This document shows, in pieces, positions 8,602-16,674 of a stretch of DNA of 64,000 bases. This stretch comes from Gemmatimonadales bacterium (lineage in GTDB: Bacteria; Gemmatimonadota; Gemmatimonadetes; Gemmatimonadales; GWC2-71-9): the NCBI GenBank assembly GCA_035693225.1, contig DASSGV010000009.1:16527-80526 (forward strand). The letters are read 5' to 3'. The notes under the pieces are model-generated. The model had not been told where the DNA came from, did not search any database, and saw only the letters and a list, made by a program, of their open reading frames with translations. Position 1 is the first letter of the stretch; each line of letters starts with the position of its first letter. Made by a program: the position numbers and the translations under genes.

Positions 8602-11310
8602 ATGACCGGACCGGCTCCGTCGGAACGTGACCTGGCGGTCCTCCGCTCGTTCGCGCGCCGGATCGATCCGTCGGACGCCGGGGCCCACAACAACCTCGGC
8701 GTTTTGTATTACCAGAAGGGCCTGGTGCCGGAGGCCATCGCCGCCTTCGAGCGCTCCCTGGCGCTCGATCCGAAGATGGGCGTGGCCCAGGCCAACCTGG
8801 CCATCGCCTACCAGAACACCGGCTACTACGATCGCCGCGTCGCCGAACTCCGCGAACAACTCCGTCGCCAGCCCGATGACCGCGCGCCCCGCTGGGAACT
8901 GGGGCGGATCTTCGCCGCACTCGGCCAGCACGCCGAAGCGATCGAGGAGTTCGAAGCACTGCTCGCGAGCGCGCCCAAGGACGTGCCGGCGCTCATCCAG
9001 CTCGGCCAGGCGGAGAAGGCGCGCGGCGGGATGGACGCGGCGGCCGAGTGGTTCCGTCGCGCCGCCGAGCTCGATCCGGAGAGCTCCGTGGCCCTCTTCT
9101 ACTTTGGCGAGGCGCTGTATAATCGCGGGCTCAACGAACCCGCCCTCACCGCCCTGACGAAGGCGGTGGCGCTCAATCCCGACAACGCCGACGCCCACTA
9201 CCTGCTCGCCTTCGTGCACGGCGACATGGGCCAGCACGAGGCCGCCCGCGCCTCTACCAAGCGGGCCATCGCGCTCAATCCGACCCTCGGGCGGGCCCAG
9301 GCCAACCTCTCCCTCGAAGAGCGGAAGGCGCAGGCCAGGCGCCGGCGCAACACGCTGGAGGCGCTCCGTCCGGCGGTGACCGAAGGCGGGGTGCTGGCCC
9401 ACTTCAACCTGGGCCTCGCCTTCCGCCAGAAGGGCTACTACGTCGAGGCGCTCCGGGAGTACCGGATGGCGCTGGAGCACGGCGAGGACCGCCGCCTGGT
9501 GCTGCAGGCGATGGCCGAGGTCCACCTCATCCGTCGTGACCTCCCCGCCGCGCTGGAGCTCTACGACCAGCTGGTGCAGGACTTCGCGGACTCTCCCAAG
9601 CTCTGGAACGAACGCGGTGTCTGCCTCCTGCAGGCCGGGCGCGGCGACGACGCGGCGGCCTGCTTTGCCCGCGCCACCGCGATCGATGCGCGGTATGCGC
9701 TGGCCTGGAACAACCTCGGCGTCCTCCGCAGCCAGCAGGCGGACGTCGAAGCGGCCCAGGAATCCTTTCATCAGGCGCTCCGGGCCGTTCCCGGCCTCGC
9801 GGCGGCCCGGCTCAACCTGGCGCTCCTGCTCTTCCAGCTGCGCCGATTCCAGCTGGCGCTCGAGGCATACCGCCAGGTGCTGGCCGACCATCCCCAGAAC
9901 GCCGTGGCATGGAACGGGGTGGGGCTGGTGCTGGTGGAGCTCAAGCGCTACGCCGACGGACGCAACGCGTTCGCGCGCGCCGTCGAGTCGGACGAGACGC
10001 TGGCGGCGGCGCATTACAACCTGAGCTTCACCCTGAGCCATCTCGGCGACTTCGACGGCGCCCTCCGGGAAACGAAGCGCGCGCTCGAACTCGAGCCGTA
10101 CTATGTGCCCCAGAAGTTCTCCCTCACGATCGACCTGCAGTACGAGGACCCCACCATCTCCATCGCGCCGGAGATCTCCGCCGATGTGACCACCGAAGGG
10201 GTGGGTGAGGAGTTCAACTTCGACCAGCGACTGCTCGATCAGCTCTTCACCGAGCTGGAGCCGACCGCACCGCGACCCACCGCGTCGGTCGCGACCGCAC
10301 CGAGCGCCCCTGCGGGAGACGACCCGTTCACCCTCGTGCGCGACTACCTCTCCAAGGGCCTCCTGGACCGGGCCGCGGCGGAGATCGATCGCGCCATCAC
10401 CCGCGGCGCCGACCGCGGCCGGGCGACCACACTCCTGGGCGAGGTCTTCAGTCGCCGCGGCCTCCACGGCGAGGCCCTGGAGCGCTTCCGGGAGGCGCGC
10501 GAGTTCTCTCCTGAGGAACCCGGCGCCCGCCTGGGGGAGGTCCGCGCCCTCCTGGCGATGGATCGCGGTGCCGAGGCGGTGGGCCTGGCGGAAGCGCTCG
10601 TCGTCGCGCGTCCCCACGACGTGGACGTGCTCGTGGTCGGTGCGCGCGCGCGCGCGGCGGCGGGGAACGCGGTCGGTGCGCTCGAGTACGTGCGCGCCGC
10701 GCAGGCGCGCACGCCGGGCCGACCCGAACTGCACCAGCTGCAGGCGGAGGTGGCCACCCAGCTCGGCGATCTCACCGCCGCGGCACAGGCCTACCGCTCG
10801 GCGCTCGAGCTCGATGGATCGCTGGCCCAGGTCTGGTACGGGCTGGGACGGGTGGAGTCCCGGCTGGGCGATCACCGCCAGGCACGCGCCGCCTACGAGC
10901 GCGCCCTCGACCTCCTGCCCACGTTCGTGGAGGCCACGCTCGCCCTCGCCGACCTGGTCCGGCGGGTGGAATCGCCGGCGGCCGCGGTCGATCTCCTCAT
11001 CCCGGTGCTCGAGGCCGATCCGTACGAGCTCGACGCGCTGGCGCTGCTGGGGCGCGCGCTCATCGAGGACGACCGCGCCGACCGGGGCAGCGAGGCCTTC
11101 ATCCGGCTGCTCAAGTTCGCGCCGGACGATGCCGAGGCGCACTACCACCTCGGGCAGGCGCTGGCGCAGCTGCGGCGCTATCCGGAGGCGGTGCAGTGCT
11201 GGGAACGGGTGATGCAGCTGCAGCCGGCGGGTGAGTTGGCCCAGCAGGCGCGTCGCAACGCCCGCTCGGCGCGCGACCTGCAGCACATCTTTGCCCAACG
11301 GAAGGGCTGA
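8602..11310 (+). CDS. Large TPR-repeat protein (902 aa)
   Basis: Repeated 34-aa TPR consensus throughout (e.g. AHNNLGVLYYQKGLVPEAIAAFERSLALDP, AWNNLGVLRSQQADVEAAQESFHQALRAVP). No TM segment, no MCP signalling hairpin. Confidence 0.85.
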   Translation: MTGPAPSERDLAVLRSFARRIDPSDAGAHNNLGVLYYQKGLVPEAIAAFERSLALDPKMGVAQANLAIAYQNTGYYDRRVAELREQLRRQPDDRAPRWELGRIFAALGQHAEAIEEFEALLASAPKDVPALIQLGQAEKARGGMDAAAEWFRRAAELDPESSVALFYFGEALYNRGLNEPALTALTKAVALNPDNADAHYLLAFVHGDMGQHEAARASTKRAIALNPTLGRAQANLSLEERKAQARRRRNTLEALRPAVTEGGVLAHFNLGLAFRQKGYYVEALREYRMALEHGEDRRLVLQAMAEVHLIRRDLPAALELYDQLVQDFADSPKLWNERGVCLLQAGRGDDAAACFARATAIDARYALAWNNLGVLRSQQADVEAAQESFHQALRAVPGLAAARLNLALLLFQLRRFQLALEAYRQVLADHPQNAVAWNGVGLVLVELKRYADGRNAFARAVESDETLAAAHYNLSFTLSHLGDFDGALRETKRALELEPYYVPQKFSLTIDLQYEDPTISIAPEISADVTTEGVGEEFNFDQRLLDQLFTELEPTAPRPTASVATAPSAPAGDDPFTLVRDYLSKGLLDRAAAEIDRAITRGADRGRATTLLGEVFSRRGLHGEALERFREAREFSPEEPGARLGEVRALLAMDRGAEAVGLAEALVVARPHDVDVLVVGARARAAAGNAVGALEYVRAAQARTPGRPELHQLQAEVATQLGDLTAAAQAYRSALELDGSLAQVWYGLGRVESRLGDHRQARAAYERALDLLPTFVEATLALADLVRRVESPAAAVDLLIPVLEADPYELDALALLGRALIEDDRADRGSEAFIRLLKFAPDDAEAHYHLGQALAQLRRYPEAVQCWERVMQLQPAGELAQQARRNARSARDLQHIFAQRKG

Positions 11311-11313
11311 GCG

Positions 11314-12462
11314 ATGGCCATCGAGGGACCGCTCAAGGAGCTCGGGATCCACGATGTCTTCCAGCTGCTCGACCTCAGCCGGAAGACCGGCGTGCTGCGC
11401 GTGTCATCGGAACTGCGCCAGAACGCGGGCACCGTGGTCTTTGCCCAGGGCGCGGTGACGTCGGCGGAGATCCGGTCCAATCCGCACCCGCTCGGGTCGG
11501 TGCTCCTCGCCGCCGGGAAGATCACCCAGGAGGACCTCACCCGCGCCCGCGACATGCAGAAGGCCGGTGATCCCCGCCGCCTGGGCGAGGTGCTGGTCGA
11601 GATCGGCGCGGTCAGCCGGCGGGAACTGGCCCGGCAGGTCCGGGCCCAGGTCGAGGAAGTGGTCTTCGAGCTGATGAGCTGGTCCGAGGGCTACTTCTCG
11701 TTCGAGGAAGGGGTCGCGGCGGGGGTCGCGGAGGCCGATGTCCGGATCACCACCGAAGCGCTGATGATGGAGGGTGCGCGCCGGATCGACGAGTGGTCGC
11801 AGATCCAGCAGCGGATCCCCCATCTGGGGATCGTACCGCGGCTGGCGCCGGGGACCGGTGCCGAGGCCGGGACGATCGACCTGCTGCCGGAGGAGTGGGA
11901 GGTGCTGACCGCGATGGACGGAGAACGGGATGTCCGTTCGGTGGCGGAGGCGCTGGGTCGCTCTGAATTCGACGTGGCGAAGACCCTCTTCGGCCTGGCG
12001 AGCGCCGGGGTGATCATCCTGGACGCGCCGGCCACGGTGTCCGGTGCGGCGCCGAGCCGGGAGCTGGCCATCCTCATTGCCCGGACCGAGGATCGCCTCG
12101 CCAGCAACGATGCGCCGGCGGCACTCCTGGCTGCACAGGAGGTGGTGGCCTCCCATCCGCACGAGCCGATGGCCCATCTGGTGCTCGGGCGTGGCCTCCT
12201 GGCCGTCGGCCGGACCGCCGATGCCGCCGAATCGTTCCGTCGCACGTTACAATACGATGCCGGCTCGGCGACGGCGTATCGTCTCCTGGGGCTCAGCCTG
12301 CTCGCCAGCGGGCGGTTTTCCGAGGGTGCCGAGCAGCTCGACCGCTGGGCGGCGCTGCCCGACCTGCCGCCGGAGGAGCAGGAAGCGACGGAGCAGGTGG
12401 AACGGGCCCGCCAGGCCGCCCGGTCGCTCGATGACGCACTGCGCGGAAAGGGGAGCTCGTGA
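11314..12462 (+). CDS. PATAN (DUF4388) domain protein with MshEN/T2SSE_N-like helical motifs and C-terminal TPR
   Basis: N-terminus GPLKELGIHDVFQLLDLSRKTGVLRV...VVFAQGAVTSA is the typical DUF4388/PatA-N signature. Two LGxxLLxxGxI...L...Q motifs follow (residues about 59-112). C-terminal TPR-like helices. Confidence 0.75.
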   Translation: MAIEGPLKELGIHDVFQLLDLSRKTGVLRVSSELRQNAGTVVFAQGAVTSAEIRSNPHPLGSVLLAAGKITQEDLTRARDMQKAGDPRRLGEVLVEIGAVSRRELARQVRAQVEEVVFELMSWSEGYFSFEEGVAAGVAEADVRITTEALMMEGARRIDEWSQIQQRIPHLGIVPRLAPGTGAEAGTIDLLPEEWEVLTAMDGERDVRSVAEALGRSEFDVAKTLFGLASAGVIILDAPATVSGAAPSRELAILIARTEDRLASNDAPAALLAAQEVVASHPHEPMAHLVLGRGLLAVGRTADAAESFRRTLQYDAGSATAYRLLGLSLLASGRFSEGAEQLDRWAALPDLPPEEQEATEQVERARQAARSLDDALRGKGSS

Positions 12463-13292
12463 ACGACGACATTCGCGCGCTCACCGCCCAGCTGGCTGCG
12501 GACCCGGCGAGCCTGGTCTTCCTTCCCCTGGGCGAGGCGCTGCGCCGTCGCGGCCAGCACGACGTGGCGCAGAAAGTGGCGCTGGCCGGGTTGGGTCGGT
12601 ATCCGCACCTGCCCGATGCCCACGACCTCTTTGCCCGGATCCTGGTCGATCGGAAGGACTTCGAGCGGGCGTTCGACGAGTGGGACATGACGCTGCGCCT
12701 CGATCCCCAGCACGCCGGGGCGCTCAAGGGTTTGGGTTTCCTCTACTACAAGGCCGGCGATCTGCCGCGCGCCCGGGAGCTGCTGGAAGCGGCGCAGCTC
12801 GAGAGCCCCGACGATCCGAGCGTGGTCGCGGCGTTGGCCCGGGTGCGGGCGGAATCGGGATCGGCGCCCGAGGCCGCGTCCGCCGGAGCGCCACCCCTGG
12901 CGCCCTCCACCGAGGCCGATCCGGTCGCGGCCCCGGCATCGGTTTTTGCGGGACTGGAAGGGGCCGAGAATGGACTGCTGCTGGTGGACACCGCCGGCCT
13001 TCGGCTGGGTGGCGGGCTGCTGGATCCATCGGGCGCCGATGTGGCCGATGTCGTGGCGGCGCACCTGGCGGGCGTGTCCCGCGAGGCGCAGCGGACCGTC
13101 CGGCTCCTGGACCTGGGCACCTGGGAGGCGGTCATCGTCGAGGCGCCGAAGGGCAACGCGGCGGTGGTGCCGGCCAACTCGGAATCGCTGCTGCTCCTGA
13201 TGCGGGACGGGAGCGTGCCGCTGGGCCGGCTCCACGTCCTGGCCGACCGCGCCGCCAAGGCCGCCCGCCAGTGGATGGAAGGGATCGCGTGA
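12459..13292 (+). CDS. TPR + Roadblock/LC7-domain fusion protein
   Basis: 277 aa. N-terminal TPRs (PDAHDLFARILVDRKDFERAFDEWDMTLRLDP, AGALKGLGFLYYKAGDLPRARELL). A low-complexity linker. The C-terminal roughly 100 aa has a Roadblock pattern (GLLLVDTAGLRLGGG...DVVAAHLAGVSREAQRTVRLLDLGTWEAVIVEAPKGNAAVVP...LLLLMRDGSVPLGRL). GTGA overlap at both ends. Confidence 0.7.
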   Translation: MNDDIRALTAQLAADPASLVFLPLGEALRRRGQHDVAQKVALAGLGRYPHLPDAHDLFARILVDRKDFERAFDEWDMTLRLDPQHAGALKGLGFLYYKAGDLPRARELLEAAQLESPDDPSVVAALARVRAESGSAPEAASAGAPPLAPSTEADPVAAPASVFAGLEGAENGLLLVDTAGLRLGGGLLDPSGADVADVVAAHLAGVSREAQRTVRLLDLGTWEAVIVEAPKGNAAVVPANSESLLLLMRDGSVPLGRLHVLADRAAKAARQWMEGIA

Positions 13293-13636
13293 CCGCCTGG
13301 ACCGATGCGCTCGAACTCATCACCCGGGTCTCCGGGATCCGGGGCGCGATGGTCGTCTCCGCGATCGACGGGATGGTCGTGGCCGAGTCGCTGATGGACG
13401 AGCTCAAGGGGAGTGCCGTGGCCGCGTTGGCCGCGAGCCTGACGGGCAGGATCGGACGGGCGACCGACGGCGCCGGGCGGGGGGCTCCGCGATTCCTCCA
13501 GCTGCAGGCGACCGGGGGCACCCTGCTGGTGGCGCCCCACGGTCCGGACCTGCTGATCGTCGCGGTGGCCGAACGCACGGTCAATGCCGGACTCGCGCGG
13601 CTGGAGATGTTCCGGGCCGCGGAGCTGGTGCGCTGA
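13289..13636 (+). CDS. Roadblock/LC7-domain protein (MglB/MglC-like, 115 aa)
   Basis: GTG 13289 within frame 12044-13636. LELITRVSGIRGAMVVSAIDGMVVAESL...SAVAALAASLTGRI...LQLQATGGTLLVAP...LLIVAVAE is the classic alpha-beta-alpha-beta-beta Roadblock pattern. Confidence 0.75.
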   Translation: MTAWTDALELITRVSGIRGAMVVSAIDGMVVAESLMDELKGSAVAALAASLTGRIGRATDGAGRGAPRFLQLQATGGTLLVAPHGPDLLIVAVAERTVNAGLARLEMFRAAELVR

Positions 13637-14097
13637 TGCGCGCCGTCGAACCGTGGGTGGAGGGGCCGGTGGCGGCATTCCTCGCCGAGTCGGAGGCGCG
13701 GCTGGTGCTGCTGATGACCTCCTCCGGCCAGGTCGTGGCCCAGCACGGATTTGCCCGGGCGGTGGACGTGATGGGGGCCGCCGCGCTCGGCGCCGCGATC
13801 GTCGCCTCCACCGGGGAGATCGCCCGTACGCTCCAGTGGACCCCCTTCGGCGTGATGGTCCACCAGGGACCGGCACAATCACACTTCCTGGCCGCTTTCG
13901 AGACGCCGCGCGGCCGGTGGATCGCGCTGGTGGTGTTCGGGGGCGATACGTCGCTCGGCATCGTGCAGCTGTTCTTCGAACAATTGGTCAAGGATCTCGC
14001 CGCCGCGGTGCCCGCGGCCCCGCCGGCGCAGCCCGTGCTGGCGGAGAACTTCGAAAGCGAGCTCAATTCGAGCTTGCGATCGCTCTTCGGACGCTGA
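13636..14097 (+). CDS. mglB: MglB-type Roadblock/LC7 GTPase-activating protein
   Basis: 153 aa, immediately upstream of mglA as in Myxococcus mglBA. By eye it aligns block by block with M. xanthus MglB: [16 protein letters not shown] ~ VVFLVDKNGQLISSAG, and [26 protein letters not shown] ~ VLVVIFDNRTSLGLVRLRIKKASDEL. It has an acidic/amphipathic C-terminal tail. Confidence 0.8.
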   Translation: MRAVEPWVEGPVAAFLAESEARLVLLMTSSGQVVAQHGFARAVDVMGAAALGAAIVASTGEIARTLQWTPFGVMVHQGPAQSHFLAAFETPRGRWIALVVFGGDTSLGIVQLFFEQLVKDLAAAVPAAPPAQPVLAENFESELNSSLRSLFGR

Positions 14098-14101
14098 CGC
14101 C

Positions 14102-14704
14102 ATGTCCCTCGTCAACTTCACGACCCGCGAGATCACCTGCAAGATCGTCTACTATGGCCCCGGACGATCGGGCAAGACGACGAACCTGCACTATATATAC
14201 GGTCGGGTGCCGGACACCCGGCGGGGGAAGATGGTCTCCCTCGCCACCCAGACGGACCGTACCCTGTTCTTCGACTTCCTCCCGCTGGAGCTGGGGCAGA
14301 TCTCCGGCTTCACGACGCGGTTCCAGCTCTACACCGTCCCGGGGCAGGTGTACTACAACGCGACCCGCAAGCTGGTGCTCCAGGGCGCCGACGGCGTGGT
14401 CTTCGTCGGCGACAGCCAGGGACGCCGTCTCGAGGACAACATCGAGAGCCTCCAGAACCTGCAGACGAACCTGCTGGAGCAGGGGATCGACGTGCGCCAG
14501 TTCCCCACGGTGTTCCAGTACAACAAGCAGGATCTTCCTCCGGAGCTCATTCTGAGCGCCGCCGAGCTGGATGACGCCCTCAATTTCCGTGGCGCGAAGA
14601 GCTTCCCGGCCGACGCGGTCCACGGCAGCGGCGTCTTCGAGACGCTCAAGGGCATCTCCGAGCTCGTCCTCAAGCGCCTGGCGCAGAATTCCCCCGTGGG
14701 ATGA
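14102..14704 (+). CDS. mglA: MglA-family Ras-like small GTPase
   Basis: 200 aa. Near-collinear with M. xanthus MglA from memory: [21 protein letters not shown] (P-loop), [12 protein letters not shown] (Arg-finger-equivalent region), [10 protein letters not shown] (catalytic Gln), QYNKQDLP (NKxD). Confidence 0.93.
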   Translation: MSLVNFTTREITCKIVYYGPGRSGKTTNLHYIYGRVPDTRRGKMVSLATQTDRTLFFDFLPLELGQISGFTTRFQLYTVPGQVYYNATRKLVLQGADGVVFVGDSQGRRLEDNIESLQNLQTNLLEQGIDVRQFPTVFQYNKQDLPPELILSAAELDDALNFRGAKSFPADAVHGSGVFETLKGISELVLKRLAQNSPVG

Positions 14705-16674
14705 CCGACCAGCTCAACCCGCGGTTCCGCCTGGACAGCTACGTCGTCGGTGCGGCCAATCGGCTGGCCGTGACGGCGGCGCGCGCGGTGGCCGAGTCGC
14801 CGGCGACGGCCTACAACCCGCTCTTCATCTATGCCGGTCCCGGCCTCGGCAAGACCCACCTCCTGATGGCGATCGGCCACCAGGCCCGGACCATCGACCC
14901 GCAGCTCTCGGTCGAGTATGTGACCCTCGATGACTTCGTGGAGGCGTACAACGCCGCCATCGCGGCGGGCCAGGGTGATGCCTACCGGAAGCGCTACGCC
15001 GAGACGGGCGCCCTGCTGATCGACGACGTGCAGTTCCTGACCCACCGGCGCGAGGTGCAGGCGGAGCTCCTTCGGCTGGTCAACACGATGACGGCGGCGG
15101 GCCGTCAGATCGTGATGACGAGCGACCGCCCGCCGGCCGAGATCGAGGCGCTGGACGAGCGGCTGATCCAGCGCTTTGCCGGCGGGCTCGTCATCGACAT
15201 CGGCGCCCCCGATTTCGAGACCCGTGTCGCGATCCTCCGCCGGCAGTGTGACGACCGGGGTGTGGCGTTCGCTCCCGGCGTCATCGAGGTCGTGGCGGAG
15301 ATGGGGGCGGGGAACGTCCGGGAGCTGATCGGCGGGCTCAACCGCCTGGTCGCGGTCCAGTCGGTCAGCGATCGTCCGATCGACGCCGAGCGGGCGCGCG
15401 ACGCCCTCGGTGGCGGGCCCCGGTCGACGGCACCGACGGGGGCCGGGTCGGTCCCGGGGAATGACGCCGCACCCCCGGCACCGCTGGAGACGGCGGAGTT
15501 CGACGCCTTCCTGAGCGAAGTGACGGTGACGCTGTCGCAGCAGGTCGAGGCGTGGCGCGCGCGCGTGGGCGAGGCGATCCTGCGCTGGGAAGGGGAGGGA
15601 TATCGCACCGCGCGACTCACCGAACTCCTCGACCAGGAGGCGCCTCCCGATCCGGAGGCGACGCTCAAGAGTTTCGTCGCCGACGTCGAGCGGTTGCGGC
15701 GGTTGGAACGGGAGGCCGCCGAGCTGGATCCCGAGCTCGCCGGGGTCGCGGCGTTCCGCGATCCCGACGGGTTGGTGGCCGCCGAATCGCTCCTGGCCCG
15801 GGCCCGCTCCGGCGCCACGCCGCCGCCGGGACCTTCACCGTTGTGGCGGCTGGAGGAGTTCGCCGAAGGACCCTCCAACCAGGTCGCGGTGCGCGCCGCG
15901 GGGACGATCATCCACGAACCCGCGGTCAAGTACAATCCGCTCGTGATCGTCGCCGGCAGCGGGCTCGGCAAGACCCACCTGCTCCACGCCATCGGCAACC
16001 AGCTCGCCGCCGCACCGGAGTCCGTGGTGGCGTGCCTGGGTGCCCAGGACTTCACCGAGAACCTCATCGAGGCCATCGACCGTGATCGGGTGGCGCTCTG
16101 GCGGGCGCGGTATCGCCGGGTCACCGCGTTCCTGCTCGACGACGTGCAGCTCCTGGCCGGGCGCGACCGGAGCCAGGAGGAGCTCTTCTGGCTCTTCAAC
16201 CAGCTGGCGGAGCAGGGGCGCCAGATGGTCTTCTCGAGTGCGGTGGCGCCGCGCGACCTGGTGGGCATCGAGCCGCGGCTGGTGAGCCGGTTGGAGGGTG
16301 GCCTGGTGGTGACGCTCGAGCCTCCCGGGCGCGACCTCCGGCTGATGGTCGCCCGCCGTGAATTGGTCGAGCGGACCGGTGCGGCGGACGATGAGCTGGC
16401 GCAGTATCTCGCGGCGCGGCCGGCGGATTCGCCCCGGGCGGTCCTGGGCCTGGTGCAGCGCGTGCTGCAGGCGGCGGAGGCCCAGCAGCTCCCGCCGAGC
16501 GCGGGGCTGGCGCGCGAGCTGCTCGAAGGGGCCACCGAGCGCCCGGCGCGCAAGAGCGGCGGCCGGCGCTCCAGCGGGATCGTGGTCTCGGCCAGCGGCG
16601 GCGTGAAGAGCGTCGAGAAGATGGTCTGGGCGTGGCCCGACACCGCCGACCGCCTGATCGAGGATCTCCGCTGA
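14701..16674 (+). CDS. Protein with two tandem DnaA/Hda-type AAA+ modules and no DnaA domain IV
   Basis: 657 aa. Module 1: Walker A GPGLGKTH (14836-14856), Walker B LLIDDVQ, sensor [10 protein letters not shown], box [29 protein letters not shown], sensor [14 protein letters not shown]. Module 2: GSGLGKTH (15955-15975), [44 protein letters not shown]. The roughly 150-aa linker is helical/low-complexity. No C-terminal HTH DnaA-box-binding domain is recognisable. ATGA overlap with the mglA stop. Confidence 0.85.
   Translation: MTDQLNPRFRLDSYVVGAANRLAVTAARAVAESPATAYNPLFIYAGPGLGKTHLLMAIGHQARTIDPQLSVEYVTLDDFVEAYNAAIAAGQGDAYRKRYAETGALLIDDVQFLTHRREVQAELLRLVNTMTAAGRQIVMTSDRPPAEIEALDERLIQRFAGGLVIDIGAPDFETRVAILRRQCDDRGVAFAPGVIEVVAEMGAGNVRELIGGLNRLVAVQSVSDRPIDAERARDALGGGPRSTAPTGAGSVPGNDAAPPAPLETAEFDAFLSEVTVTLSQQVEAWRARVGEAILRWEGEGYRTARLTELLDQEAPPDPEATLKSFVADVERLRRLEREAAELDPELAGVAAFRDPDGLVAAESLLARARSGATPPPGPSPLWRLEEFAEGPSNQVAVRAAGTIIHEPAVKYNPLVIVAGSGLGKTHLLHAIGNQLAAAPESVVACLGAQDFTENLIEAIDRDRVALWRARYRRVTAFLLDDVQLLAGRDRSQEELFWLFNQLAEQGRQMVFSSAVAPRDLVGIEPRLVSRLEGGLVVTLEPPGRDLRLMVARRELVERTGAADDELAQYLAARPADSPRAVLGLVQRVLQAAEAQQLPPSAGLARELLEGATERPARKSGGRRSSGIVVSASGGVKSVEKMVWAWPDTADRLIEDLR

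Noticed and set aside
8602-11310. The possibility that the 902-aa protein, or another TPR protein in the cluster, is the missing MCP
   Set aside because: It has no TM segments, HAMP domain or conserved MCP signalling-hairpin sequence. The sequence is uniform TPR repeats.
8521-11352. 943-aa - strand ORF opposite the TPR gene, and similar long - strand ORFs at 5476-7662, 15105-18248, 19217-20782, 39624-42932 and 42929-45193
   Set aside because: Same reasoning. All are antisense to genes with strong motif support, have biased R/G/A/P composition and no motifs. They are GC-artefact ORFs.
14701-16674. Calling this gene dnaA and the region a replication origin
   Set aside because: It has no DnaA domain I/II or domain IV and no adjacent dnaN/recF/gyrB. 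I noticed no AT-rich DUE and no cluster of TTATCCACA-like boxes in the flanks. The gene is embedded in, and overlaps with, mglA and a PATAN gene. It is treated instead as a novel DnaA-like AAA+ protein.
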